Origin: Octopus bimaculoides
Lineage: Eukaryota
Reading direction: 5' to 3'
Length of the DNA stretch: 64,000 bases
Assembly (NCBI RefSeq): GCF_001194135.2
Contig: NC_068989.1
Location: 45,372,350 to 45,436,349, forward strand
Shown here: positions 38,611-51,949 of the stretch, piece after piece
How the letters are laid out: each line of letters opens with the position of its first letter
How positions within the stretch are numbered: the stretch's first letter is position 1
Position numbers and translations under genes: made by a program
The notes under the pieces: generated by a model
What the model was told of the DNA's origin: nothing
Database searches by the model: none
Seen by the model: the letters and a program-made list of their open reading frames with translations, nothing else

Positions 38611-38925
38611 AGGCGCAGGTGTGGCTGTGTTGTAAGAATCTTCTTTCCCGACCACATGGCTCCAGATTTAGTCTCACTCTGTGGCATGAAAAAAAGCTCA
38701 TAGTATATGTGTGTGTGTGTGTGTTTGCTTGTCCCTCATCACCACTTGACAGCCGGGGTTCATTGATGTCTTTAGGCTCACGTAACTTCGGCAAAAAAGA
38801 CCGATAGAATAAGTATTAGGCATAAAAAAAAATTCTGGGAGTCGATGCATTCGATCAAAAATGTTTCAAAGCGATGCTCCTGTATGACCGCAGTCAAATG
38901 ACTGAAACAAGTGAAGGAATAAAAG
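38611..38925 (+). mobile_element. SINE family A with a central deletion
   Basis: Starts AGGCGCAGGTGTGGCTGTGTTGTAAG and ends CCGCAGTCAAATGACTGAAACAAGTGAAGG. Confidence 0.85.
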
Positions 38926-39169
38926 AAAAAGAAATGCACTAAACTTTTTCTCGATATCCAGTGCCCCACAAAATCAAAATCATTGAGAGCAGCTGCTGTC
39001 GATACTGTGAGTTGCGATAGGCATTGAACACAGGAACGTGCGGCACAAAACATATAATCTTGATGTCTAACTACCAGGAGAATCCAAGCAATCGGAAAAC
39101 ATCCGGTCACTAACGCGTTACAACTGCTCAAACGGTGGCATGTTGTAACTGTCTCGGTGTCTTTTATAT

Positions 39170-39385
39170 TGCTTTCAAATTTTGACACAAGGCCAGCAAT
39201 TTCGGGGGAGGGTGTAATTTGATTACATCGACCGCCAGTGTTCAACTGGAACTTATTTTATCAACCTCCGATAGGACAAAAGGTAACGTCGATCTGGGCG
39301 GAATTTGAACCCAGAACGTAAAGGCGGACGAAATGCTGTTAAGCATTTTGCCCGGCACGGTAATGATTCAGTCAGCTCACCGCCA
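39170..39385 (-). mobile_element. SINE family B
   Basis: GACACAAGGCCAGCAATTTCGGGG...GGCGGAATTTGAACCCAGAACG...AGCTCACCGCC. Confidence 0.85.
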
Positions 39386-39470
39386 TCGGTGTCCTTTATA
39401 TTGAAACTACTCTATATCCCATGCATCTGAACGAGTATACAGTGCTTGACATCAAATCAGACTTACTCCA

Positions 39471-39693
39471 TATAGAAGGAGGTGCTGAAAAGTTCCTGGC
39501 CTTAAGGATATCGCGAAAGGCCTGGCTGGAGACCCAAAATTCCGAGTCCTTTTACAGGGCTTAGAAAAACTGAAGGGCCACTGCAATAAATGTGTGAATC
39601 TGAGTGGGGAATATGTTGAATAAATTCATAATCAACTGATCTTCCTGTATTTTTCATTACTCAAGGCCAGGAATTTTTCAGCACCCCCTCATA
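39471..39693 (+). mobile_element. Mariner-derived MITE (about 220 bp), copy 1
   Basis: TIRs are GAGGTGCTGAAAAGTTCCTGGCCTT and AAGGCCAGGAATTTTTCAGCACCCCCTCATA. The interior retains the last transposase codons (CNKCVNL.GEYVE*). Confidence 0.85.
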
Positions 39694-40829
39694 TGCATTT
39701 TTCTCTATTCATCACCTGTATTGTATATCCCTTTCGAAACCCATTTTGATTAATCCTTTCTCCCCATAACTATACTCTCTGGAACACAGTCCCGAAAAAC
39801 GCTGTTCCTATTATAAAATAACAAACATAAAAAAAAAACGTCTGCAAAAGTTATGGGTTTCTGGTTTCTGTTTTACTTTCTCTGCTAAATGAGAACGTAA
39901 CGTAAAATAGTTTTTAAATCACGTGAGAGAAAATGACTGCAAAGGTGAATAATTTTAATGTAAATGTAACCGGATGTAATTTTGATTTACCAAACACCAA
40001 AATCTTAGAAACCTATGATTCGTCACCGTGAACAATAGCTTACACCGAATTTTCTCCGAAATCTATTATTTTTCTTTATTAATTTACACTTGCACTCTAA
40101 TATGTGTAAACAATTTGGGGGAACTTTTGATTGGCTGTTCAAGCTAGTGACGTCATTGAATAATATTCCTTCCAATATCCGGCTGATATGAAATCGGCAC
40201 GATATTTTTATCTCTTTTTCCACGCGAAATTTGACTGGCTGATTTATAATTTTTTCCCTATGATATCATAGTTATTCTGTGACTAACACTTAGTCATTGG
40301 ATACCGATTCATTTATCCAGGATATAGCCTCATCAGTTTTAAATATATTTCTACCTATATAGGTATGCATACAGAAACGTAGGTTCTGATGTTGTTGTTG
40401 GTATTCCTTTTATTGTTATTGTTGCTGTTGTTATTTTTGTTCGAACATTCATGCGATGACTAATCTGCCTTTGATCGTTATATCACGTTATATTACCTAA
40501 TGTGTCCATTATGATAAGAGAGTAGTGTGTAATGTACGGTAAGTTTGACTGCTATTTTTAGCCAGTACTATGACCATGTAGAGCGCGTGATACTTTGTAT
40601 GCAAGTGTGAAGGTGCGGCTGTGATATCAGCAGTTGATATTTAAGAGAATAGGCTTGTCCTGAAGCAGTATGACACCTATCACCAGAGGCATTCCAGCCG
40701 TGACAATCCTGCATTTTTGTTTGCAGTGTGGTTGTATAACAGCTATTTCAAGTGAAATTAGACACTCCGTAGAGTGCAGAGGAGTGGTGCGTGTGTGAAG
40801 CAAGATGTAAATGCATACGGACATACATG

Positions 40830-40887
<58 letters not shown>

Positions 40888-41429
40888 NNNNNNNNNNNNN
40901 NNNNNNNNNNNNNNNNNNNNNNNNNNNNNNNNNNNNNNNNNNNNNNNNNNNNNNNNNNNNNNNNNNNNNNNNNNNNNNNNNNNNNNNNNNNNNNNNNNNN
41001 NNNNNNNNNNNNNNNNNNNNNNNNNNNNNNNNNNNNNNNNNNNNNNNNNNNNNNNNNNNNNNNNNNNNNNNNNNNNNNNNNNNNNNNNNNNNNNNNNNNN
41101 NNNNNNNNNNNNNNNNNATATATCCAAAGGTATGTATGTATGTGCGTGTGTGTATATATGTATATGTATGTATGTGTACACTGTGAGTGAGAGACTGAGA
41201 AGGTGAGAGAAAGAAAGAAAGAGAGAGAGAGACGCCTGCAGTGATTTTAGGAGCTTTCGACTGCCGGAGATGACAAGGGTATTGCAGCTTCCGAGAGTAT
41301 CATTCCTTCCTTCCTTCCTTTCTTTGTTGTATAGTGTAAAACGCTCTCATCCCATGCAATCGCTACGCTTAAATACTTGCAGCCGTAGCTTCTCAAATCT
41401 AGCGGCAATTATCATCATCATTATTATTA

Positions 41430-41485
<56 letters not shown>

Positions 41486-41624
41486 GTTGTTGTTGCTGTA
41501 GTTGTTGTAGTTGTAGTTGTTGTTGTTGTTGTTGTTGTTGTTGTTATCTACAATTTAATATGGAATTGTTCATTGCTACCGGATTTGGGCCCTTTTTCCC
41601 CATGCTTGTGCGGTAGGCATAACG

Positions 41625-41672
<48 letters not shown>

Positions 41673-42317
41673 GCTTGCTATCTGTGTGTCCGTTTGTGTG
41701 TGATGCGTATGTATGTATGTATGTATGTATGTATGTATGTGAAACACACTGACACACACATATACATACATACATTCACAAATACACAAAAGTGTCGTAT
41801 TCGGGTTTATATTTATACGTGTATGTTTCGGTATTATAATAAACTATTATGTATGTATAAATATTCATACAGATATCAGAACATGTTTTTAGAAAACAAT
41901 CTTAAGGACCGTACGTCTGCCGATGTCTATAAATACAATAGCCTATATATAGAACTATACTACGTATAATTTTATAAGTGCTATAGATTATAAATCTCTT
42001 GATATGATGTAAATATATATGTGCTCTGTACAGTTAATTTTACACGTAAATAGAATATTGATTTCCGAAAAAGTCATGAGGTCTACAGTTCATGGAGAAA
42101 ATAGTATATTGCTTTCTGACAGTCATACTTTTTTTTTTCAATGGTTTTGGAAGGAGGGACACTGCACATAGCTGTTGCAAGCTAGATTTGATGCTTTGTT
42201 GAAGGACAGAACAGAGAGGCTACTGCAAGTTGGTGTTGGGTATTGCTAGTGTTTTAGCACGGGTTTCAACCAGATCAAGCGAAAATTCTTGTTCGCAAGG
42301 TGACTGGAGATTGCATA

Positions 42318-42542
42318 TATGAAAGGGATGCTGAAAAGTTCCTGACTTTCAGGGTATCGCAAAAGGCCTGACTGGGGGACCAAGTTTTTGAGTTCTTTTA
42401 CAGGGTTTAAAAAAAAACCTTTAGGACCGCTGCATTAAGAGTGTGAATCTGAGAGGGGAATATGTGGCGTAAAATCATCATTAACTGATCCTCCCGTATT
42501 TTCTTTTACTCAAAGCCAGAAACTTTTAAGCGCCCCTTCGTA
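42318..42542 (+). mobile_element. Mariner-derived MITE, copy 2
   Basis: Same TIRs and interior as 39471-39693. Confidence 0.85.
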
Positions 42543-44294
42543 ATCTGGCATCCCCTTTTAGGGCGAAATTTGCGTAGAAACTGTAGTCAGCAGTGCGGAA
42601 AGTGTTTGTCGATAGGAGTTTAACAGTTACTGTGTCGGAGAGAAGTTAGAAACATGGTTTGTATGAAAATATGTGATTATGTGTAGGTTCTAGTCTGGAG
42701 TGAAATCCGTGGATGTTTGAGAAGACGAGGGAAATTTACTACATGATTAATTCTATATTTTTGGTTACATCGTGAATCAGGCGTACAGTCACTCTGCGTG
42801 AAAAGATCTCGGCAATCCGGAGGTGGAAGCCTGGACTGAATGCTTGCACTAGCATGCTTTCCGCTTTAGGCACCAACTGATACGCCGGGTGACGCAGATT
42901 AATCGGACTGCAAAATGTGATTACTACTAAAAGTTAATTTGATTCAGTGAATAAAAGAACTGTAACTTGAAATTGAAATTAGTCACCGGGAGCCCGTTCT
43001 CTAGTGTGATTGCACGAACAGTTGAAGCCCATATTATATGAGATTTAAAAAAAAGGCCGGTAGGGGTTAAAAAGCCATAATATTCGAGACCACTGCAGTA
43101 TATATGGTTTCAAGGAGTTGAAATCAGATTCCAGAAAGGGAATGTCGTGTTCATATCTTCACAATTCATTCCATGATCTCAAATCTGACTCACATATTCG
43201 GTAGCGTATTAACCAAATATGATGTCATTATTGACCTCTATGCATATATACAAGTAACTGAATGGTGAGCAATTGAAATTTTTGCTGTTGCCTACTCTAA
43301 GAATGTCCTATGGCATTGATATATATAAACGTATTGCTCCACTATCAACCGATTATACTCGACCCCTGAAGACTCTATCTATGACTAACTAAGCACATAT
43401 TACAAAAATTCAAATTACTTTCTGCTTAAAATTGTATGTGGATGAGATATCCCATATGTAAGATATCTTATTTTTCGACCGAATATGGTTGGTTATTAAT
43501 ATTCATACTATGTATTTGATGTCTTTATATCTTTCCCAAAAACTTCGATATAGAACGAACTGTTGTTTTTGTGACACAAGACTGGATTTTTTGTTTTTTC
43601 TGATATATGACAACAAGATATGTGCTTCCTTCTTAAGTTTCTACATAATACTTACACACCCTAATAACAAGACGCTTTTAGAGATTCAAAATAGCAACCT
43701 TCCACTCGTTCTTGTGGTATGGATTATATTTTGATATATATGAAGGGGAATAAGGTAGAATAGGAAAAACCAGCGGACAAAAATTATAACGGTATTTTGT
43801 CACGTTTAAGTTATTCTTATCTATTTATAAGTTCGATAAATACCAGTTCAGTACTGCCGTCTTTATCATCGACAGTACTCTCCACAGAAACATGTGATCG
43901 TCTGCTAATTTTATGAATGATAGGTTATATAGAAGCCATTGTAGTTAATGTAAAGAAAAAAAAAAAACGGAAAAATGTCCATTTAATTAAAATTGCATGC
44001 AGAATGGTAAGAAAAATTAATTAGCTGGTCAAGGAAAACAAAAGAATGGACATTTAAATCCAAATTGATTAAACGCTAACAGGTGGAAGGTGTTAATCTT
44101 ATCTGTAGCAAATACATTAACAGCTCAAGCATGGTCTGCGCTTTTTAGATCTCGTCACCTAAGCATGGTATTACCAATAACTTCCAGGTCTTATGTAAGC
44201 GAAGCATATAAGATAGTTTCACTGAATAAACTTTGAGAGTGGCATGATTTCTCATAGTAAATTGCAAGGAAATACAAAGGTGGCTTCTCAATGA

Positions 44295-44325
<31 letters not shown>

Positions 44326-44570
44326 CAAAACAAAACAAAACAAAAAGGCAAAACAAAACACATAGTTAAGTTCCCGTTAACGTACATTATATAGTGACCT
44401 AAAATATATCCAATTAATTAAAATTACACAAGTATTGATGGGGGATAATTCTGGTCAAGAAATGCTGGAGAGACAATTCTGAAATCGAAATTGATTATAA
44501 ATTGAATGGGTGAAAGCAGTGGAGTGCGAAACCCAGCATCTAAGTTCTTGTAAGTTCTAGTAATGTTATC

Positions 44571-44620
44571 CTGTACTGAAGAAGTTTAATAATACCGAAA
44601 CACGTCAGTAGTTATTACAG
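44571..44620 (+). ncRNA. Decayed minimal hammerhead motif in a Penelope pLTR-like repeat
   Basis: CTGAAGA-AG...CC-GAAA-CACG-TC. ACACGT is one CpG-type transition from the palindrome ACGCGT. The flanking repeat recurs at about 45620-45710. Confidence 0.45.
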
Positions 44621-45711
44621 TACTTGCCAACTATAAGCTCGCTTCCAATTACTCCCATTCATATTGTAATTTGTTTGAATTATCGAGTCATTGCGATTGT
44701 TTAATTTGTTTCGCTCTGACTGAACATATCTATGATTACAAACAATTCGACGATAAAGATGCGTGTATCTCAGGCGAGGCATGTTCATTCAGGTTTTAGA
44801 TGTTAGAGTGAGATTTGAGGAAGTTTAACAGATATTTCTAACAACGGAAGCGACCATACAGAGCATTGCTTCTATTTGGGTGTTTTCGCCTAAGTCTTAC
44901 TTCAACTAACCATTACAAGTAAAAATTTAATGACTGCTAGTGCAACTTTAAGTAACTGGAAAATAGTTCTGACTCACTATATTAAATATGTTGACCTTTG
45001 TTTACAGCATTTTTCTTTTGTCATACAAATTCGTCCCTCTATCATATTCTTCCAACCCACGATATAATTATTTTAGAAGACATCATCTTACATTGTAGAT
45101 GTATGATGAGAGAGATATGCATTTGCATTCAGCTCTCTTCGTTCAAATATCAAATTTCACTGACTTCAACTTTTCTTTACGTCCATCAAAGGGTTTGCTA
45201 GAATAAAATATCACGGATGCACAGGGAAATAATTAAACCGCTATACACCTTCCTTCATTAAAATTAATTTTGTACACCACCGTGATTGAATTTCTTCTAT
45301 TTTTGTAGCTTACAATATGTCACAGGCTTACTTAATTCTACCAATGATCTGGTAACCCATTCGAGTTACAAACAGTAGCTTTATAAGATAAGTTCCTCTA
45401 TCCTGTTTCGTCTGTTTCGTGGCGAATTGTTTTATGTACTGGCGGTGTTGTGCATGCATGCTGCAATGAGCAAATTATAGATAAATGCACAGGAACAACA
45501 ACTGTTTTATTTCGAGTACATCTGTTTCGTCCACTTCCTTAGTGGTCACTAGCAACGCCCATCTATATACATTATTTGCTGCACAGTTAATAAAAAAATC
45601 TCCCGTAGTATTTTAATTGATTTGAATTATCGAGTTATTGCGAATGAGTACAAGCAGTAGAGTGCGAAACCCGGCATCTACAGACTTATAACTTGTAGTA
45701 AATCTATACTG

Positions 45712-45950
45712 CATATAGCTGGAAAACTTGGAGAGTGGTTACATGACTTTCTGAAAGATAGAAGTCAGTAGTGGTTAATGGAGCCACCTCTATGAAAACA
45801 CAAATAATGAGCGGTGTTCCACAGGGCACTGTCTTGGGACCATTGTTTTTATAGTCGCCCTCTCAGGTATGCCCTCAAGTGCCCGGATAGCCACCCTTGC
45901 AAGCTATGCAGACGATACGAAAGTCTCGCAGAAAATACAGAACTCCAGTG
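45712..45950 (+). mobile_element. CR1-clade LINE reverse transcriptase fragment
   Basis: IAGKLGEWLHDFLKDRSQ / VVNGATS...SGVPQGTVLGPLFF...YADDTKV. Confidence 0.85.
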
Positions 45951-46299
45951 ATCTTTTTCTTCTCCTCCTCCCCTTCCCCTGGATTGTTGCCTGTGACAAA
46001 GGGAAGGGGGGGGGGAGTCTTCATGTAATACCATATTGGTAGGAGGGTTTTTATCGTTTTTCCTCAACTCTTTCAAGACGCGCTCCGCCATCTAGTTGAG
46101 TTGTATTGATTCCATCAGATTTATATGATGGGCGGAACATCCCCCCTTTGGAGGATACACAACCATAAGATACCAGTAATAGGTTCCTGGTGCTTCTATT
46201 CATAACTTGGAATAAAATAGATATTGCAAAAAGACACCAAACCTTGTGTGAATAAATATCTTGAAAGGAACTTACTTGGAGCGTTCGAAAAAAGTCTGG

Positions 46300-46645
46300 A
46301 CAGGGGATTAGTCGATTACATCAACTCCAGTACTCAGTTGATCGACCCTCACGGATGAAGGGCAAAGTCGACCATTAACCATTTCGCCCAGCACCCTAAG
46401 GATTCTGGCAGCTCGCCACCTTATTAATAATAATAATGATTTCAGATTTTTGCCATAAGGGCAGCTTGGGGAGGGGAGAAAATCGATTACATCGAATCCA
46501 GTGCGTAACTGGTATTTATTTAATGGACCTGAAAGGATGAAAGGCAATGTCAGCCCCGGCGGAATTTCAACTCAAAACGTAGCAACGGATGAAATACCGC
46601 TAAGAATTTCATCTGGCGCGCTTGCAATTCTGCATTCTCACCGTC

Positions 46646-46647
<2 letters not shown>
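46300..46647 (-). mobile_element. Two adjacent SINE family B copies (46300-46422 and 46436-46647)
   Basis: GGATGAAGGGCAAAGTCGACC...GGCAGCTCGCCACCTT and GGATGAAAGGCAATGTC...GGCGGAATTTCAACTC, separated by (TAA)n. Confidence 0.85.
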
Positions 46648-46682
<35 letters not shown>

Positions 46683-46686
46683 TAAT

Positions 46687-48139
46687 AGTCAAGACGAAGA
46701 GCGCGATTCGATTGTAAGATAGCTATTAGTTGAACGATATTTCAACAGTATGTATGTCTTTGTCAAGTTCAAAATAAGAAATAATAAAAATTCAAAATTA
46801 CAGAAATTTAAACGTAAAGTATGAATGAGAGCAACCAGCGTTCACACGTTGATAGAATGACATCATCAGTTTTTAAGTTACAATTCTATAACAGGCGAAA
46901 AGAAAAAGACAGAAAATAATCCACGTCATCCCACATTTATCTCTACCGCCGCTCCGGTCATCCACACCATCTTATTCGATCAAATCCGAAAACGCAATTT
47001 TTGAGGATAAAACGGATTTGTACTGACATAGGGGATTACTGGAAACATGCAAATGCTTTTGTATGTCATTATGTCAAACGAGGTTACAGTGAATCACGAT
47101 TAAAGGAAATACCAAACGAAATAACTAAGATTAGCAAAGATAGTCAAACTTACACGCATAATTTTAGCAAAAACAATACTATAGATGATAGAATTCCTTT
47201 AGTGATTAGCTGGCACCGACATTTCGCTGGCATTTCGAAAGTGTTGCATGAAAGTTACCAGCATGTGACGAAAAAATATCCTCGTTTGAAACAGATATTT
47301 CCTCAGCCGCCCATTGTAGCCTCTAGACGGAATTAGAATATAAGAGAATTATTGACCTCTATATCTGACTCCAAGAAAACGAACATTGGAATGTCTGTAT
47401 GCTGTACCTTAAAGAACAGCTGCAAGAGAGGTAAGCCCTGTTCACTGTGCAACAACATGAGTGAAGTGAATTCCATCAGAAATCATAACAGAAATGTTAT
47501 GATTTATACAGAAGGTGGAACATGTAAAGATTCCCATATGGTGTACGCTGCAGAATGCACGAAACGCAACTTAATTTATGTTCGTTGTACAACAGAACGA
47601 TTAAACAAAAGATTTAATGGGCACAGATTCGACGTCAGGCACAATAACGGTAGTTCAACAGAACTTGCTGAACATTTCATTTCAAGCGGCTGCAATTTTG
47701 AAGAAGACTTGAAAGTGCATATTCTCAGAAAATATTCTGAATCTGCCCCACTTTCACTTCTTAGAATGTATGAGGAGAAATAAGTTTGTGGGTTATTAAC
47801 ATCACGCTCTGGAGGAATAAATAAGATGACAGAATATCATCAAATTTATACAAAACTGTTTGATTGAATATTCTCTCTTTTTCTTTCCTTTTTTCTGTCG
47901 TCTTTATTTTTTCTGTCTTTTTCTTCTCGCCTGTTATAAAATTGTAACTTAAAAACTGATGATGTCATTCCATCAACGTGTGGACGCTGGTTGCTCTCGT
48001 TCATACTTTACGTTTAAATTTCTGTAATTTTGAATTTTTATCACTTCTTATTTTGAACTTGACAAAGACAGACGTACTATTGAAATATCGTTCAACTAAT
48101 AAAATATCTTACAATCGAATCGCGCTCTTCGTCTTGACT
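46687..48139 (+). mobile_element. Penelope-like element, 5'-truncated, with inverted pseudo-LTRs
   Basis: RT C-terminus YLYRRSGHP...QFLRIKRIC...KRGY and a GIY-YIG domain CSLC...VYAAECTKRNLIYV...TTERLNKRFNGHR...LAEHF. Arms of about 235 bp are inverted (46687-46919 vs 47904-48139). Confidence 0.92.
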
Positions 48140-48177
48140 GCTTACCTTTGTGAAGAGCTACGTCAATCCTTTTTAAA

Positions 48178-48262
<85 letters not shown>

Positions 48263-48377
48263 AATAATAATAAAAATAAAAATGATGATAATAATAATAA
48301 AAATAAAAATGATGATAATAATAATAATAATAATAATGATGATGATGATGATGATGATAATAATAATAATATACTCG

Positions 48378-48876
48378 CATCTCTTCTGATCTTCACGATT
48401 GGAAGTGTTATGTAAATTGTTTTGTCTTGGTATAAAAGATGGGCTACGGCAAATATTCTGCTCAGTACTTGACCTTAACCAGTTGAGCATTTCCCTTGGT
48501 GACTGACGATATGTGCATCTCTGATCACGAGCAGAAGTAGTTGGGGAGCATCATAGCCATGTGTTGAGAAGAATTCTTTGGAGTTTGGATAACTTACGTT
48601 TGGAAATATGGGTGTTTTGTTCATCATCATTCGACAACCATTATTCAAGGAACTTTCCAGCGGGATGGGCTATTCGACCTGAACAAGACTGTAACTCGGC
48701 TGTAGCTGCAAAGTCATGCGCTGTTTGTCTTGATACGAGATCACCATGTCGCGCACATATTGTTGTGATGCATGTGTATGGTGTAACCTTATCAGACGAG
48801 TAGTCATGATGGATATACTGGGCTTCGTACATTTTACCTCAGTGTCACTCTGATGACATTCACTGCTTTCTCACTT
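48378..48876 (+). repeat. Interspersed repeat family C, between two (TAA)n-type tracts
   Basis: Reverse-complement homologue of 34896-35427. Confidence 0.8.
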
Positions 48877-48889
48877 AATAATAATAATG

Positions 48890-48943
<54 letters not shown>

Positions 48944-49000
48944 GCAATAATATCAACAACAACAATAATAATAATAATAATGATGATAATAATAATAATG

Positions 49001-49045
<45 letters not shown>

Positions 49046-49093
49046 TCAACAACAACAATAATAATAATAATAATGATGATAATAATAATAATG

Positions 49094-49125
<32 letters not shown>

Positions 49126-50309
49126 AATAACCCAGAAGTTTCTTTGCATAAACGAGGTGTAATTTAACGGCAATCCTATGTCTCGTAACGGGTATTGAAG
49201 CATATTATATTAACTCAAGAATGTGAATAAATTTTTGCTTGTATGGCATACATGTAACCAGACCTGACACGAAATGCTTGTCTGCTTCTTGACTGAAGGA
49301 GAACGCATAAGAATAACGTGTTAGCTCTTACGTCAAGTTTTTTTTTTATGGTAAATTCTTTGTATTGTTATTTATGAGAGCACAGAAGTAATTAGATGTT
49401 ACATAGTACATAGATTCTATATAAGTTACTACTTTTATGTAATGCACACAAAGACTTCTACCGAGTTCCACAAGTTTCAACAATGAAGGTTAATTCTTAG
49501 GATTAAGAAACCTAATTGTGAACTGGTGCATGATCTCTCATGTTAGTTGATAGTAGATGGTTTTATTATGTATAGAAGCTTATTGTATTTTATTATTCTA
49601 TACCATAATAATGAGTAGGCTTTTGTCAATATTGTTCCTCCATGCACTTTTGTTGATATATGCTTTGGTGATATATGCATTGCTTTGTTTGTTTAGGCGT
49701 CTGATGCGACTCACTAATAATGTCTTCTTCATATTTTGACAAAAAGCGAATTCTGTTTTCAGCTTATCAGCTTAGAAGATACAAGAACTAACATTAGTTA
49801 TGAAAACGGAAAATATTTCTTAGTCCGAAGAGAACGGAACGTGTTTATGATTTATTTACGACTCTGCTACACCTGCGAGATCGATACTGCTGATATTGAT
49901 TTTATATATCTAAAGATCAACGTCTGCTGGTGAAACAAAATAATATTAAAAAAAAATAAAGAAAAACAAAAGAAAGAAACTTAGTACATAGGACGTTCCA
50001 GTGATTTGTATTTCTGGGGATGATAGATAGAGTGACATGAGAAAAATAGGATAGGTGAAACTCTATACTATCGACTGGAGGGATAAAGACAGATATGAGG
50101 TATAGACGTGTAGCTACCACATTTCTGATATCGTTGTAGTGACGGTGAAAGAAGCAGCTGTACTTAAGAAAATGTAGACATAAGTGTAAACGTACCGCAA
50201 GTGGAATTTTTCTGCCAGCTAAATAGACTTTCTGTGTTAAAGTGTAGCAGTAATTTTTTTCTAAGAGTTAAAAGGACCCGACTAAGTAAAAAGTATCTTA
50301 TATAGGTTT

Positions 50310-50472
50310 GGCTTAGTGGGTGTGTAGTAAAAGGCATGTTTCCCAACTACATGGTTTCAGATTCAGTTTCACGGCATGGAAACGTTGGCAAGTATCTCCT
50401 ACTCTATCATATCTTCGGATGAACAGAATCCTAGTGAGTGGATTCGGTAGACTGAAACTGAAAGAAGCCCGT

Positions 50473-50510
<38 letters not shown>

Positions 50511-50544
50511 TANNNNNNNNNNNNNNNNNNNNNNNNNNNNNNNN

Positions 50545-50577
<33 letters not shown>

Positions 50578-51665
50578 CACACACAGAGTAGTGTGAATAA
50601 ACTCCTCTAAACTACGCAAAAATCAAAATAACATTGACATCTCATTTTAACAGATATATTTACCAAAATTACATAAAAATATCTTGAAATATTAAATAGT
50701 AAATATATTTAATAAAATTGCCATTCGCTTCAACCACGGCTTCAAGACAACTCCGGAATCTCCTGTAACTCTTTTGGACAGTCTGCTTGTTTAAGTTGGT
50801 GAATGCTGCCATAATCCTTGCTTTTAGTTCATCTTTGGTGTTACAAGGAGTTTTGTTGGTCTCTCGCTCAAATGCGCCCCACACATAATAATCAAGGGGG
50901 TTGGTGTCTGTGGAGTTAGGTGGCTAGATATTGGGGGTGATGTGGTCGCAGACGTTGTCTGACAGCCATGACTGGGTTCTCCAGCTTGTGTGGTATGCCG
51001 TAGAGTCCTGTTGCCAGACATAGGGTCTTCCAACAGCCACCCTCTTCAGCCAGGGCAGCACTACCAGGCACTTGATGTAGGCCTCCGTGTAGAGTATGAG
51101 GCTGTGTAGGAAGATGAATGGAAACATAACTAGTGATCACTCCAATTACCACGATGTCGACTGGAAGTTTCGTTTTCATCACTCTTGTTACATGTCCTCA
51201 AATTGCACTGTCTTCAGATTCACAGAAAAACACTGAAATGTTAGTATTAGAGCTTCTGGCGTGAATGCCAAGCAGCATAGTATGCCGTTTCCAAATTTCT
51301 GCCAGAGAGAATTGCGTCATGGTGCTATTTTTCTCACAGACGCTGCCAAACTGACTCTACTATACTGTGTAGTCGACAAAATACAAAATAATGCGCATGC
51401 GCCAAATAAAAAATATAAAATAGCGACAATTTATCCATCGAACTGTGTGTATGTATCTGTGTGTTGTGTTTGTGTACGTGTTTTTACACCTGTGTTTGTT
51501 CCTCACTACCGCTTGACAACCGGTGTTTGTTTACGCCCCCGTTAGCTAGCGGTCTGACAAAAGAAAACCGATAGAATAAGTACTAGGCGTAAAATATAAG
51601 TGTTGGAATCGATTTTTTCGACCGTAACACTGCGACTGCAGTCAAATGAATGAAACAAATAAAAG
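50310..51665 (+). mobile_element. SINE family A split by an inserted maT transposon (head 50310-50478, tail 51491-51665)
   Basis: Head and tail modules are in the same orientation on either side of the internal (TA)n(CA)n tract that contains the transposon. Confidence 0.7.
50580..51451 (-). mobile_element. Internally deleted maT-family (DD37D) Tc1/mariner transposon
   Basis: N-terminus MTQFSLAEIWKRHTMLLGI from 51320 is fused to WQQDSTAYHT...PPNS.D.NPLDYYVWGAFER..., with 37 residues between the second and third D. Degenerate TIRs are present at both ends. Confidence 0.85.
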
Positions 51666-51917
51666 ATTAAAAACAAAAGACAATAACGATAAAAAAAAAA
51701 GGTGAACTGTTTATTTTTCTGATTTTGTCGGTGGACGTTATTATCTGTGATGAATTTGAATAATATCATATGATATCATGATGAAAGATCATAAGAGGTG
51801 TGAAAGACAGCCACAGATGTAAGTTTCAGTTGTGTGAAGGTTTTGCGTATGCGTTACCTTCCTTCACACACAAATACTAAAACACACACGTACTCATACG
51901 TGCACGCGTATATATCG

Positions 51918-51949
<32 letters not shown>

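Noticed and set aside
38778-39245. 155-aa minus-strand ORF
   Set aside because: Both ends are SINE sequence and the middle has no recognisable domain. A 45-nt + strand AG..GT segment at 38962-39006 is unsupported by anything else.
47978-49203. Poly-N/D and poly-I ORFs
   Set aside because: They are (AAT/GAT)n microsatellites flanking the Penelope element and repeat C.
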